Source of the DNA: an uncultured beta proteobacterium
GTDB taxonomy: Bacteria > Pseudomonadota > Gammaproteobacteria > Burkholderiales > Nitrosomonadaceae
NCBI GenBank assembly: GCA_963704605.1
Contig: OY969920.1
Coordinates: 1,458,191 to 1,522,190 of the forward strand
DNA length: 64,000 nucleotides
Reading direction: 5' to 3'
Part shown: positions 45,485 through 54,626 of the stretch, one piece after another
How positions within the stretch are numbered: the first letter of the stretch is position 1
Layout: each line of letters begins with the position of its first letter
The notes under the pieces: model-generated
Told to the model about the DNA's origin: nothing
The model's input: the letters and a program-made list of their open reading frames with translations, nothing else
The model's database searches: none
Made by a program: the position numbers and the translations under genes

Positions 45485-47250
45485 ACAGCGCCATGACATT
45501 CAATAGCCTTTTGCTGCCGGGCATACTCTGGCCGCTGCTGCTTGCTGGTTTGATGGTATTTAAAACAACGCGCGCCGTGGCGCTGCCGTGGATACCGTGG
45601 GCTGCGCTGCCCGCGCTGGTTGCGGCAAGTCTGCTGGCGCCGGACGAAGCACGTTGGCATTTTCCTGAATTGCTACTCGGCAGCGAAATCGGACTGGATG
45701 CGGCAAGGCAGGGTTTTTTGCTGCTGACGGCGTTGTTATGGACGGTGTCCGGCGTATACGCTCGCGGTTATCTGCGGCAGTCCATCCACCGCGAAGCATT
45801 TTATGTTTTCTTTCTGCTATCGATGGCTGGCAATTTCATCCTGATCGTCACGCAGGATCTGCTCGGATTTTATTTCGGCTTTTCCCTGATGAGTTTTGCT
45901 GCTTACGGCTTGATCGTCCATGATCGCAGTGCAGCGGCACTGCGTGCGGGAAAGATTTATATGATCTTGACGGTAGTCGCGGAGCTGATGCTGTTCGTAG
46001 CGCTTGTAGTGGTGGCAGGTATCAGCGGGGCCACAACTTTTGAAGCCCTGCGTGCAGAGCTTGTGGTGATGGATCCGGCAGGCCGAAATTGGGTGATTTT
46101 GCTTGGCATTGCCGGTTGCGGTATCAAGGCTGGGTTGTTTGGACTGCATGTCTGGCTGCCGCTTGCGCATCCGGTCGCACCCGCACCAGCGAGCGCGGTT
46201 TTGTCGGGCGCCATGATCAAAGCCGGTCTAATCGGCTGGCTGCAATTGCTGCCACTTGGCCTGATTGCCTTGCCAGAATGGGGCACCGCCATGATTCTGC
46301 TCGGACTGACGGCTGCCTTTTATGGCGTGGTGATTGGACTGACGCAGCGCGATCCGAAAACACTACTGGCATACTCGAGTATTAGTCAGATGGGCATCAT
46401 GACCATGATCGTGGGAGTGGGTTTGTTGATGCCGCATGCCTGGCCGCTCCTTCTGCCGACCATCGTATTTTATGCGCTGCATCATGGCTTGAGCAAAGGC
46501 GCGCTGTTTCTCGGTGCGGGACTTACCGGAAGCAGCAGCCACCAGCAGTGGCGCTGGATCTGGCTGGGTCTATGGCTTCCCGCGCTGGCGCTAATCGGCG
46601 CGCCCTGGACCAGCGGTATGCTCGCCAAGCAACTGGTCAAAACGCATATGCAACACGCGCCTACGCCGTGGGATGCGCTGCTGCCGCTCATGTTATCGAT
46701 CAGCGCGCTGGCCACGGCGCTCCTGATGGCGCGTCTGCTCTATCTGTTGCGGCCCACCGCAGTCCGATTATCGATTCCCGCATCCGTTACTGGTCTAATC
46801 GCACCCTGGGTTGCGCTGCTGCTGGCGGTCGCGCTAACACCCTGGTGGTTTACCGTAATCATCGCTGTGCCTGAAATAAAGATATGGCCTGCAATGGATA
46901 GCCTCTGGCCGGTTCTGGCAACCACAGTAGTAACCTGGATGGTGCTGCGCTTAGGTTTATTTCGCAGCCTTCAGCCAGTGCCTGCCGGTGATATCCTGAT
47001 ATCCTTGATGCGCGCTTTTCGGTGGATTGGATTATTACTTGATCCGGTTAACGCGCTGAAACGTTTCAGTACGGGCTGGAATACACTGCAAACGCGAATC
47101 ATCGGAGGTTTGACTGGTTTTATTGTGATTGTCAAAGGTAAGCTTGGTCAATGGGAAAGTTATTTGTTACGCTGGGAAGTGGCGTTACTGTGTGCTATTT
47201 TCTTAGCGGTGGTGACAGCCTGCACAGATACGCTATTAAAAATCAATTAA
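45481..47250 (+). CDS. MrpA/D/NuoL-like proton-conducting membrane subunit (3 of 3)
   Basis: Motifs: WLPLAHPVAPAPASAVLSGAMIKAG, LLAYSSISQMG. It has an extra C-terminal TM extension. ATGA overlap with the upstream stop. Confidence 0.7.
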   Translation: MNSAMTFNSLLLPGILWPLLLAGLMVFKTTRAVALPWIPWAALPALVAASLLAPDEARWHFPELLLGSEIGLDAARQGFLLLTALLWTVSGVYARGYLRQSIHREAFYVFFLLSMAGNFILIVTQDLLGFYFGFSLMSFAAYGLIVHDRSAAALRAGKIYMILTVVAELMLFVALVVVAGISGATTFEALRAELVVMDPAGRNWVILLGIAGCGIKAGLFGLHVWLPLAHPVAPAPASAVLSGAMIKAGLIGWLQLLPLGLIALPEWGTAMILLGLTAAFYGVVIGLTQRDPKTLLAYSSISQMGIMTMIVGVGLLMPHAWPLLLPTIVFYALHHGLSKGALFLGAGLTGSSSHQQWRWIWLGLWLPALALIGAPWTSGMLAKQLVKTHMQHAPTPWDALLPLMLSISALATALLMARLLYLLRPTAVRLSIPASVTGLIAPWVALLLAVALTPWWFTVIIAVPEIKIWPAMDSLWPVLATTVVTWMVLRLGLFRSLQPVPAGDILISLMRAFRWIGLLLDPVNALKRFSTGWNTLQTRIIGGLTGFIVIVKGKLGQWESYLLRWEVALLCAIFLAVVTACTDTLLKIN

Positions 47251-47288
47251 TCAATTAATCAATTAATCAATTAATCAATTAATCAATT
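47241..47288. repeat. 8-bp tandem repeat (AATCAATT) x6
   Basis: Six perfect head-to-tail copies. The first copy contains the last two sense codons and the TAA stop of the 45481..47250 gene. The array has stops in all three plus-strand frames. Confidence 0.95.
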
Positions 47289-47485
47289 CGCAAAGTAAAT
47301 CGTGGTTTGTCTCTTACTCTTTTCATTCTTGCTGCGTTTGACAATCAAACCGGCTTTCAGTACATTCATTACGCATGGAAAAGGGAGTTTAATTTTCCTG
47401 TGCTCCAACAGGTTACTGGGGTACTTTTTATAATGTAGCCAGGGGTATTTGGCTGTTTCGTAAACAATATGACTCAGGAGCAAGA

Positions 47486-48109
47486 ATGACGTTAATAACA
47501 AGAGTTGGTGTGGTAGTGCTGAGTACGGTTCTTTTGGTAATCATGTCTGCGTGTTCGACAACGCAGAGGACAACGCATTCACCAAGAACTGCGATAGAGC
47601 AATTACTCCATAGCGAGGCCATTTCAAGAAGTTTGAAGCAGAAAACTCAGCAAGAATTACCGATACCTGGCGGCGCAAAAGTCGCGATAAGCACAGCTGG
47701 GTTGAGTGGTGATACCCCGTTTGTCGGTGATGTTGTTGGTGGTTGGCTGGGTAATCAGGGTTATTTAATTGAGAGCCCCGAGAATGCGCAATATCGTGTT
47801 CATATTGTGGTCAATGCCTTGGGAACAGAATTCGACGAGACATTTTTCGGTATTCCGCCCGTTAACTCCGCGTTTATTCCGATCTCGTTACCTCAATTAT
47901 CTTTCTATAAATCACAAAATCAGGTGGGTTATTCAAATTTTTATTTGAATGTATTCGAACATCCATCCGGTCGACTGGTGCACACATCGCCGCTTTATAT
48001 GGCTGAGACATTTTATAACGACTATACTGTTCTCTTCCTCTTAAAATTCAACAAAACCGATTTACCTCATCCCCCCAAGTCTAAGTCACTCAGTAGATTG
48101 GTCGAATAA
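47486..48109 (+). CDS. Hypothetical lipoprotein
   Basis: AGGAG RBS and a lipobox-like signal (VLLVIMSAC). 207 aa, no recognisable family. Confidence 0.55.
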   Translation: MTLITRVGVVVLSTVLLVIMSACSTTQRTTHSPRTAIEQLLHSEAISRSLKQKTQQELPIPGGAKVAISTAGLSGDTPFVGDVVGGWLGNQGYLIESPENAQYRVHIVVNALGTEFDETFFGIPPVNSAFIPISLPQLSFYKSQNQVGYSNFYLNVFEHPSGRLVHTSPLYMAETFYNDYTVLFLLKFNKTDLPHPPKSKSLSRLVE

Positions 48110-48207
48110 ATAGTAAGGTCTGCACTTTTTTCAAATTAATTTTTGAAAAAATATAAAAATGGGAATCACCCATTAGTCGACTCTCTATTAAATGTAAAAT
48201 CAATTCG

Positions 48208-48245
48208 CCCCCACTGTTTTTTTCATAGTGGGGGTTTTCTTTTTG
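48208..48245 (+). terminator. Rho-independent terminator
   Basis: CCCCCACT-gtttttttcat-AGTGGGGG followed by TTTTCTTTTT. Confidence 0.7.
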
Positions 48246-48360
48246 CAAACCTAAGCAGCTGTTCCGATCGAACTTGTTTTCTCCTTATTACTGGGGCTAC
48301 AACCGAGCCATGCCTGTTACCCATGTTGATCAATGAGACCACACTATCTGACTGGTATTC

Positions 48361-49518
48361 TTATTCGTCAAACAGGAATGCCAGTATTTCGTCACGCTGG
48401 CGTAGCGCATCTTGATAACCCAAATCAATCAGTGCCTGGCAATAAGGCGCTTCAAACAATAGATAACTCAGCATGGCTGCGCCATTTGGTCCCATTGCAC
48501 CAATGGCGCGATAAAGATAGCGGATAGTGCGTGGCAGGCTGCTAGCATGGTGTTGTGCGAAGTCGGCAATTTTCTCGCTGGGGCGGATCGTCATGGAGCG
48601 CACCGGGCGCAGTGAGGGGATGTTTTCCTTGTGAGTCGCCGGAATCAGATTAATGGTTTGATTGATGCGCTGCAGGCGTTCCAGATCCACATCGAGGTTA
48701 TCCACAAAGATGCTGTTCAATATATGTCCGGCGATCTGTGCTGATGGCGGGTAACCGCTTATCTTTTGGCGATCGTGTGGTTCGTCTTCTTTTTCGTTTA
48801 ACCCGATTACCAGCACACGCTCCGCACCCAGGTGTAATGCCGGGCTCAGTGGTGCGAGCTGGCGCATCGAGCCGTCCCCAAAATACTCACGATTGACACG
48901 GATGGCAGGAAAAATAAAAGGGATCGAAGCGGAAGCGACCAGATGTTGCAGCCCGATTCGCACTGGTATACCAATTCGTTGTGTGCGTTTCCAGGGCATT
49001 ACTTCTGGACAGCCCTGATAAAACGTTACCGATTGCCCCGAGGCGTATCCCCATGCGGTAATACCCAGTGCATGCAGTGCGCCGGCATGGATGCTTTTTC
49101 GGATACCCCGGAATGGCAAACGACATCCCAATAGCCGCTTGAGTGGTAGATTATCCAGAAGCGATACCGGTCTTCCTGCCATGCGTTTGAACGTCAGCGA
49201 ACCAATGCTGCGCAGTGTATTCTGCAGTACGCCCAACAGGTCAGAGCGATAGACCTGATCAGTATGTAGGTTTCCCCACACAGCTTCGAGTTGTTTTACT
49301 CCTTCCGAGAAGTGGGTTGCGGCCATGGCAACTCCTGCTGCGTTGATTGCGCCTGCAGAAGTACCGCAGATGACGGGAAAGGGACTACAGGCATGTGTTG
49401 GCAGCATTTCCGCAATGGCGCGCAATGTACCCACCTGGTAAGCCGCACGAGCACCGCCACCCGTTAAAACCAGTCCAACTCTTTGTTTTTGAAGATTGTT
49501 ATGAATCAGTTCGCTCAC
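48361..49518 (-). CDS. Patatin-like phospholipase
   Basis: GGGARAAYQVG (oxyanion GGGxR/K), GTSAGA (GxSxG) and a DGS-type catalytic Asp region (YFGDGSMRQ). GTG start. Confidence 0.85.
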   Translation of the reverse strand: MSELIHNNLQKQRVGLVLTGGGARAAYQVGTLRAIAEMLPTHACSPFPVICGTSAGAINAAGVAMAATHFSEGVKQLEAVWGNLHTDQVYRSDLLGVLQNTLRSIGSLTFKRMAGRPVSLLDNLPLKRLLGCRLPFRGIRKSIHAGALHALGITAWGYASGQSVTFYQGCPEVMPWKRTQRIGIPVRIGLQHLVASASIPFIFPAIRVNREYFGDGSMRQLAPLSPALHLGAERVLVIGLNEKEDEPHDRQKISGYPPSAQIAGHILNSIFVDNLDVDLERLQRINQTINLIPATHKENIPSLRPVRSMTIRPSEKIADFAQHHASSLPRTIRYLYRAIGAMGPNGAAMLSYLLFEAPYCQALIDLGYQDALRQRDEILAFLFDE

Positions 49519-49766
49519 AAATGAGTAATTTTGCCCTGGCTTGTCAGGGCATCACGTAACGTTTCATCGGGAAGTGCGTTCAGGCACGATGATAATCGAT
49601 CGGCAGTATCGCGAATATGATTGGGTAGATTTCCATAGTTTAAGCTAGACACAAAAGAAGCTGTTGCGCCTACCGTTTTCAGAAGATACTGACGTTCTTT
49701 CATTAATAGTTCAATTTCCGCGCGCAACATTGAAATCTCTTGTTCTCCCATCGCTATATGCGGCAT
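49515..49766 (-). CDS. Small coiled-coil hypothetical protein, translationally coupled to the patatin gene
   Basis: 83 aa with a GAGGAG RBS. Its stop overlaps the patatin GTG start (GTGA). Confidence 0.55.
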   Translation of the reverse strand: MPHIAMGEQEISMLRAEIELLMKERQYLLKTVGATASFVSSLNYGNLPNHIRDTADRLSSCLNALPDETLRDALTSQGKITHL

Positions 49767-49957
49767 GGTGTTCTCCTCTATGTTTTATGGTGAATTCAGA
49801 ATACGCTGTGACTATAGCAACATTCACTGAGCGGCATATTATGAAACTCACCACTCTTCACCTTGCATTTCGGCAGACAGAGACGGGATATCGTCCAGCA
49901 GGTGTGCCAGACTGGACAGCGTATAATTACACGACTCGCCGTCAAAGTATTACCTAA

Positions 49958-50100
49958 AGGGTACCTCTAAAAATTCAAATTTCCAGGCAAGACAAGGCAC
50001 GAGTAAAAAATTTGAGCGCGGCATATAGTTGATATGTAAGCGATAATTTTTTTCGAGTAACGCCGTATTGTGACGAAAATTGGATTTTTAGAGGTACCCT
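49958..50100. repeat. MITE-like palindromic repeat, copy 2 (143 bp)
   Basis: Perfect 17-nt terminal inverted repeats AGGGTACCTCTAAAAAT / ATTTTTAGAGGTACCCT. The body matches 10518-10699 without the 39-bp insertion. Confidence 0.85.
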
Positions 50101-50151
50101 GAAGTGATACCTGGCATTTTTTCATATTACAACCAAACCTAGTTCAAGATA

Positions 50152-51111
50152 ATGACGAAAAATGATCTCTTTCCACCCATTGAACCCTTTACACATGGCA
50201 TGCTGCCACTGGATGATCTTCACACCATGTACTGGGAGCAGTCTGGTCGGCTGGATGGAGTGCCAGTTTTGTTTCTCCATGGGGGCCCAGGCGCGGGGTC
50301 GTCACCAGCACATCGCCGTTTTTTTGATCCGGCGCATTATCGTATCGTTATTTATGATCAACGTGGGGCAGGGCGATCGGTTCCACTTGGAGAAATTCGT
50401 GAGAATACCACTCCGCTCCTGATCGAGGATATCGAAGCCTTGCGCGAGCATCTGGGCATAGACAAATGGCTGATATTTGGGGGTTCCTGGGGAAGTACGC
50501 TTGCGCTGGCTTATGGTGAGGCACACCCGGATCGCTGTCTGGGTTTTATCCTGCGGGGTATTTTTCTTTGCCGACAAAGTGAAATTAACTGGTTTCTGTA
50601 TGGCATACGCAATTTCTTTCCAGAAGCCTGGCATGAGTTTGTAGATACTATCTCTCCCATCGAACGCGCGGATATTCTTTCTATTTACTATCGGCGACTG
50701 TTGCATCCTGATCCAGTCATTCATATGCCAGCCGCCCGCGCATGGGGGCGCTACGAGGGTAGTTGCTCAACCCTGCTTCCCAGCGCAGAAACGGTTGAAT
50801 ACTTCACGAATGATACGGTTGCCCTGGGGCTTGCCAGAATGGAAGCGCATTACTTCAAGAATAATATCTTTCTGCCGCAGGATAGCTTGCTGGACAATGT
50901 TTATAAGCTGCACAACCTGCCAGCGGTGATTGTGCAAGGGCGTTACGATGCCGTTTGCCCGATTCTTAGTGCATATGATCTGCACGATGCTTGGCCACAG
51001 GCAGAATTCAAGATTATCGCCGATGCGGGCCACTCTGCCTGGGAGCCTGGTATTCGTGCTGCCTTGATCGAGACAACGGAAACGTTTAAAATCAAACTCA
51101 AGGCAGTTTGA
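50152..51111 (+). CDS. pip: Prolyl aminopeptidase (proline iminopeptidase)
   Basis: LHGGPGAGSSPAHRRFFDPAHYRIVIYDQRGAGRS, FGGSWGSTLALAYGEAHP and ILRGIFLCRQSEINWF give a strong match to Pip. Confidence 0.9.
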   Translation: MTKNDLFPPIEPFTHGMLPLDDLHTMYWEQSGRLDGVPVLFLHGGPGAGSSPAHRRFFDPAHYRIVIYDQRGAGRSVPLGEIRENTTPLLIEDIEALREHLGIDKWLIFGGSWGSTLALAYGEAHPDRCLGFILRGIFLCRQSEINWFLYGIRNFFPEAWHEFVDTISPIERADILSIYYRRLLHPDPVIHMPAARAWGRYEGSCSTLLPSAETVEYFTNDTVALGLARMEAHYFKNNIFLPQDSLLDNVYKLHNLPAVIVQGRYDAVCPILSAYDLHDAWPQAEFKIIADAGHSAWEPGIRAALIETTETFKIKLKAV

Positions 51112-51766
51112 GCAAATCCGCAAAAGACCGAGCGTTGGTGTGCGGCTGGAAGGGCAGTGTACCTAACAGCGGGCAGGGTAGACGTGTGCGCAGGGCTTCG
51201 GTATTTTCAGCCAGGCACGACACATTCGGGTCAATCTGGTTTGCTATCCATCCCGCAAGTATTAACCCCTTGGCTTGAATAGCGTGTGTACTTAATAACG
51301 CATGGTTGAGGCAGCCGAGTCGCATGCCGACCACCAGAATAACCGGTAACGCCAGCTGTTGTGCGAGATCGCCCGTATCATGCACATCATTCAACGGCAC
51401 CAGAAAGCCGCCGACGCCTTCTACGATAACAACTTCTGCTTGCGCTCGCAGTGCATCAAATGCCTGCCGGATGACTGGTAGTTCGATTCGTATTCCTTGC
51501 TGGGCGGCAGCAATATGCGGGGCAACTGGCGCAGTCAGCGCATAGGGATTGACCAGCGATGGCGGGGCGATAATATTACTTGCCTGCCGCAGATGCACCA
51601 CATCCTGCCAAACGCCATTTGCACCACCTGCAGCGACCGGTTTCATGCCAATCACTGTATTACCTTGCCGGGCAAAGCCATGCAGTAATGCGCAACTTAC
51701 CGTGGTTTTGCCAACGTCTGTATCGGTGCCGGTTACAAAATAACCAGATTTAGCCTGCATTGTCAC
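51098..51766 (-). CDS. bioD: Dethiobiotin synthase
   Basis: GYFVTGTDTDVGKT P-loop, and position at the end of the bio operon. Confidence 0.85.
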   Translation of the reverse strand: MTMQAKSGYFVTGTDTDVGKTTVSCALLHGFARQGNTVIGMKPVAAGGANGVWQDVVHLRQASNIIAPPSLVNPYALTAPVAPHIAAAQQGIRIELPVIRQAFDALRAQAEVVIVEGVGGFLVPLNDVHDTGDLAQQLALPVILVVGMRLGCLNHALLSTHAIQAKGLILAGWIANQIDPNVSCLAENTEALRTRLPCPLLGTLPFQPHTNARSFADLLKLP

Positions 51767-51771
51767 AGCAA

Positions 51772-52671
51772 CTATTCAAGTCCGAGCTTTTGCCGAGTGC
51801 TCGCTTTTAGAGGAGAGGGTCTCGACTCTGGTTTCCATGCGTGTCCGTAGACAATTTCGTACGTGGCAGGCAGTTTCCCCTGCTGACGTAATGTTTCGTA
51901 TTGTGCTGTCACTTGCTGCCAGATGCCTTTTCCCATCAGTCCTCGCTGCCGGCCATGCGTAACATTGTGCGCACCAATTGCCTTGAGGTCGTGCATGATA
52001 TCTCTGACATCATCGTAAGTCAGCGTGACGTATTCCATGTCCATGACCGGTAGTGAAAAACCGCAGTGCACCAGCAGATCACCTATGTCATGCATATCGG
52101 TGAAACGGTTGACGTGATGGTATCGATCAGCAGTCTTGAACGCCTGGCGCAGTTCCTTGAGCGTGTCCGGCCCGAAGGTGCTGAACATCAGCAGTCCGCC
52201 AGCACTGAGTGCGCGATAGGCTTCTGAAAAGGTTTGTTTTAGGTCATTACACCATTGAAGTGCTAGATTTGACCAAATCATATCCACGCAGGCATCGCGT
52301 AACGGTAGTTGTTCAATATCTGCGCATACAGGGTATTGTCGTGAACGCTTACCCGTAGATAGCCACTCTAGCCACTTGGGCAGAATAGTAGATTCGGGCT
52401 GATGGGTGCGTGCCTGAATATGCATCGATAAGGCGATATCAAGCGGAATCAGGGTTGCCTGTTGATAATGTTCCTGCAATTTACGTGACCCAAAGCCGGT
52501 ACCGCTGCCAGCGTCCAATATAAAGACAGGATCATGTTTAATGTAAATAAGACGCGAGTACATGCGCTCACAGACTTCCCGCTGCAGTACAGCGCAGCCA
52601 TCATAACTGCTCGCCGCTCGCTCGAACGAACGGCGTAGCCAGCGTTTCTCGAGGGTGTGATCATAAATCAT
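51772..52671 (-). CDS. bioC: Malonyl-ACP O-methyltransferase
   Basis: RRSFERAASSYDGCAVLQREV and the SAM motif ILDAGSGTGFG. I chose the Met at 52671 (ATGATTTATGA overlap with the bioH stop) over the longer 52812 ORF. Confidence 0.8.
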   Translation of the reverse strand: MIYDHTLEKRWLRRSFERAASSYDGCAVLQREVCERMYSRLIYIKHDPVFILDAGSGTGFGSRKLQEHYQQATLIPLDIALSMHIQARTHQPESTILPKWLEWLSTGKRSRQYPVCADIEQLPLRDACVDMIWSNLALQWCNDLKQTFSEAYRALSAGGLLMFSTFGPDTLKELRQAFKTADRYHHVNRFTDMHDIGDLLVHCGFSLPVMDMEYVTLTYDDVRDIMHDLKAIGAHNVTHGRQRGLMGKGIWQQVTAQYETLRQQGKLPATYEIVYGHAWKPESRPSPLKASTRQKLGLE

Positions 52672-53446
52672 CGAAACATTCCACAAAAGCATCCGGATAG
52701 GAAAGAAATGGCGCGTGGCCACAATGTGCCATTGGTTTGAATTGGGCGCCAGGCAATTGCTGATGCATCCAGTGTGCCGCATCAATTGGCGTAATAACAT
52801 CGTTTTCGCCATGAATCAGGGTGACGGGCTGGGTAATTTGCGGTAGCAATGCTCTTAAGTCACTGGTCAGGAGAATTTGTAGTCCGGCCTGCAGTGCTTG
52901 TGCTGCTGGTTGTCCGCGTTGTAGCAGACGCTCGCGCAATTGCGCCAGTATCGTAGTCTGGTCGATTCCTCCACGGACTTGTAAGGCAAGAAAGCGTTGC
53001 AGCGTCTGCAAATAATGACGCTCGAGGTTTTCCTTGAAAAGCTGCAGAGTAGTTGCGTCCATTCCCCATGACCAATCGCTTCGCTTGATAAAGCAGGGTG
53101 TGGTTGCAATTAGTACCAACTGGCTAACATGCTCTGGCCAGTGCGTTGCGAGCGTCAGGGCAACTTGCCCACCCAGTGACCAACCACAGACAATTGCGTT
53201 TGCAGGGATACAAGAAACGATGCTGGCAGCCAGATTTTGCAGTGAATCTAGTGGCAAAGCCTGACTGAAGCCGTGACCAGGCAGATCGATACGATGAAGA
53301 CGAAAACGTTGAGCTAACTGAGGTGCAATGCCATCCCAGATCCCGCCGTGCATGCTCCAGCCATGTAGCATGACCAGATCCGGGCCACTGCCTTCACTTT
53401 GTACGAACGGCTTTTGCATGTTTCCCGGTAAAGTCTGCGTATTCAT
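52661..53446 (-). CDS. bioH: Pimeloyl-ACP methyl ester carboxylesterase
   Basis: LVMLHGWSMHGGIWDGI, DLPGHGFS and the nucleophile elbow GWSLGG, plus bio operon context. Confidence 0.8.
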   Translation of the reverse strand: MNTQTLPGNMQKPFVQSEGSGPDLVMLHGWSMHGGIWDGIAPQLAQRFRLHRIDLPGHGFSQALPLDSLQNLAASIVSCIPANAIVCGWSLGGQVALTLATHWPEHVSQLVLIATTPCFIKRSDWSWGMDATTLQLFKENLERHYLQTLQRFLALQVRGGIDQTTILAQLRERLLQRGQPAAQALQAGLQILLTSDLRALLPQITQPVTLIHGENDVITPIDAAHWMHQQLPGAQFKPMAHCGHAPFLSYPDAFVECFDDL

Positions 53447-54609
53447 GAGACCTGCGCCAGATCTTGCAGCGCCAGTGCCAGTTGATCGATTTCTGCCAGT
53501 GTGTGTGCGGCAGATAGGGTAATCCGTAACCGCGCCGTTCCCTTGGGAACTGTCGGTGGGCGGATTGCTGGCACCCAGATACCCCGTTTGCGTAATGCCT
53601 CACTTAGCTGCAGTGCTTTTTCGTTTTCGCCAATCAGTAAGGGTTGAATTGCCGTCATTGATGACAGCAGCTGCCACGGCAACGATGTCATTCGATGTCG
53701 TAAGTGTTGAATCAACCGGGTGAGCTGTTCACGTCGCCATGCTTGCTGCTTGATGATCTGCAAACTGGCCAATAAAGTATGCGCCAGCAAAGGCGGAGAA
53801 GCCGTGGTGTAGCCGTAGGTGCGGCTTTGCTGGATCAGGGTTTCAATGACTTCTGTCTGTGCGGCGACAAATGCGCCCGCGACGCCCGCAGCCTTGCCAA
53901 GGGTTGCCATGTAGATCAGGTGTGGCGCATGGCTTTCCGGAGAATGCGCCTGGAAAAGACTGCCACGGCCTTGCTCTCCCAGCACACCAAATCCATGCGC
54001 GTCATCGACCAGCAGCCACGCATCAAAACGCTGGCACAAGGCAAGCAGATCATTTATCGGTGAGCAATCGCCATCCATGCTGAATACAGCATCGGTCATC
54101 ACCAGTTTGCGTCTTGCCACTGTTCGTGCCAGCTGCTTTTCGAGATGACTCAGATCAAGATGGGGATAACGGATTAATTTTGCCTGTGAGAGTAATGCGG
54201 CATCATTAAGAGAAGCATGATTGAGGCGATCGGCAAAAATGGCATCGTGCCGTCCTACTAGGGCAGTGGCAACCGCCATGTTTGCCATGTAGCCAGTGGA
54301 AAAAAGCAGTGCACGCGGGAATCGGGTAAACGCTTCCAGCGCGCTTTCCAGTTCGTGGTGCGCCTGGCTGTGCCCATTGATTAAGTGTGACGCCCCTGCA
54401 CCCACGCCATAACGGTTTAGCCCTTCGGCTGCTGCTGCCAGCAAGTCTGGATCATTTGCCAGTGCCAAATAGTCGTTGCTGCAGAAAGCCAGATAGGTTT
54501 CTCCATCGATGGTCATCCGCGTGGATTGTGGCCCAATTGATACCGTTCGCGCGCGATACAATCCTGATGCACAGCGCTGCTGCAGGGTTTCTTTCAGATC
54601 CGCCAGCAT
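53443..54609 (-). CDS. bioF: 8-amino-7-oxononanoate synthase
   Basis: PLP-dependent fold (..FCSNDYLALA.., DDAHGFGVLG, MATLGKAAG with the Lys). It overlaps the bioH start. Confidence 0.9.
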   Translation of the reverse strand: MLADLKETLQQRCASGLYRARTVSIGPQSTRMTIDGETYLAFCSNDYLALANDPDLLAAAAEGLNRYGVGAGASHLINGHSQAHHELESALEAFTRFPRALLFSTGYMANMAVATALVGRHDAIFADRLNHASLNDAALLSQAKLIRYPHLDLSHLEKQLARTVARRKLVMTDAVFSMDGDCSPINDLLALCQRFDAWLLVDDAHGFGVLGEQGRGSLFQAHSPESHAPHLIYMATLGKAAGVAGAFVAAQTEVIETLIQQSRTYGYTTASPPLLAHTLLASLQIIKQQAWRREQLTRLIQHLRHRMTSLPWQLLSSMTAIQPLLIGENEKALQLSEALRKRGIWVPAIRPPTVPKGTARLRITLSAAHTLAEIDQLALALQDLAQVS

Positions 54610-54626
54610 GGTGATCGTGTGACTCG

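Noticed and set aside
40100-47250. Many 60-170 aa ORFs antisense to, or out of frame within, the mrp genes (e.g. 40100..40510, 40960..41463, 45817..46170, 45957..46292)
   Set aside because: They overlap long membrane-protein ORFs that carry clear Mrp/Nuo motifs. Their translations are Arg/Pro/Ala-rich, with no RBS or family signal.
52672-52812. 47-codon N-terminal extension of bioC (ORF open to 52812)
   Set aside because: The extension overlaps the 3' end of bioH by ~150 nt and has no BioC similarity. The Met at 52671 gives the usual bioH-stop/bioC-start overlap and a normal-length BioC.
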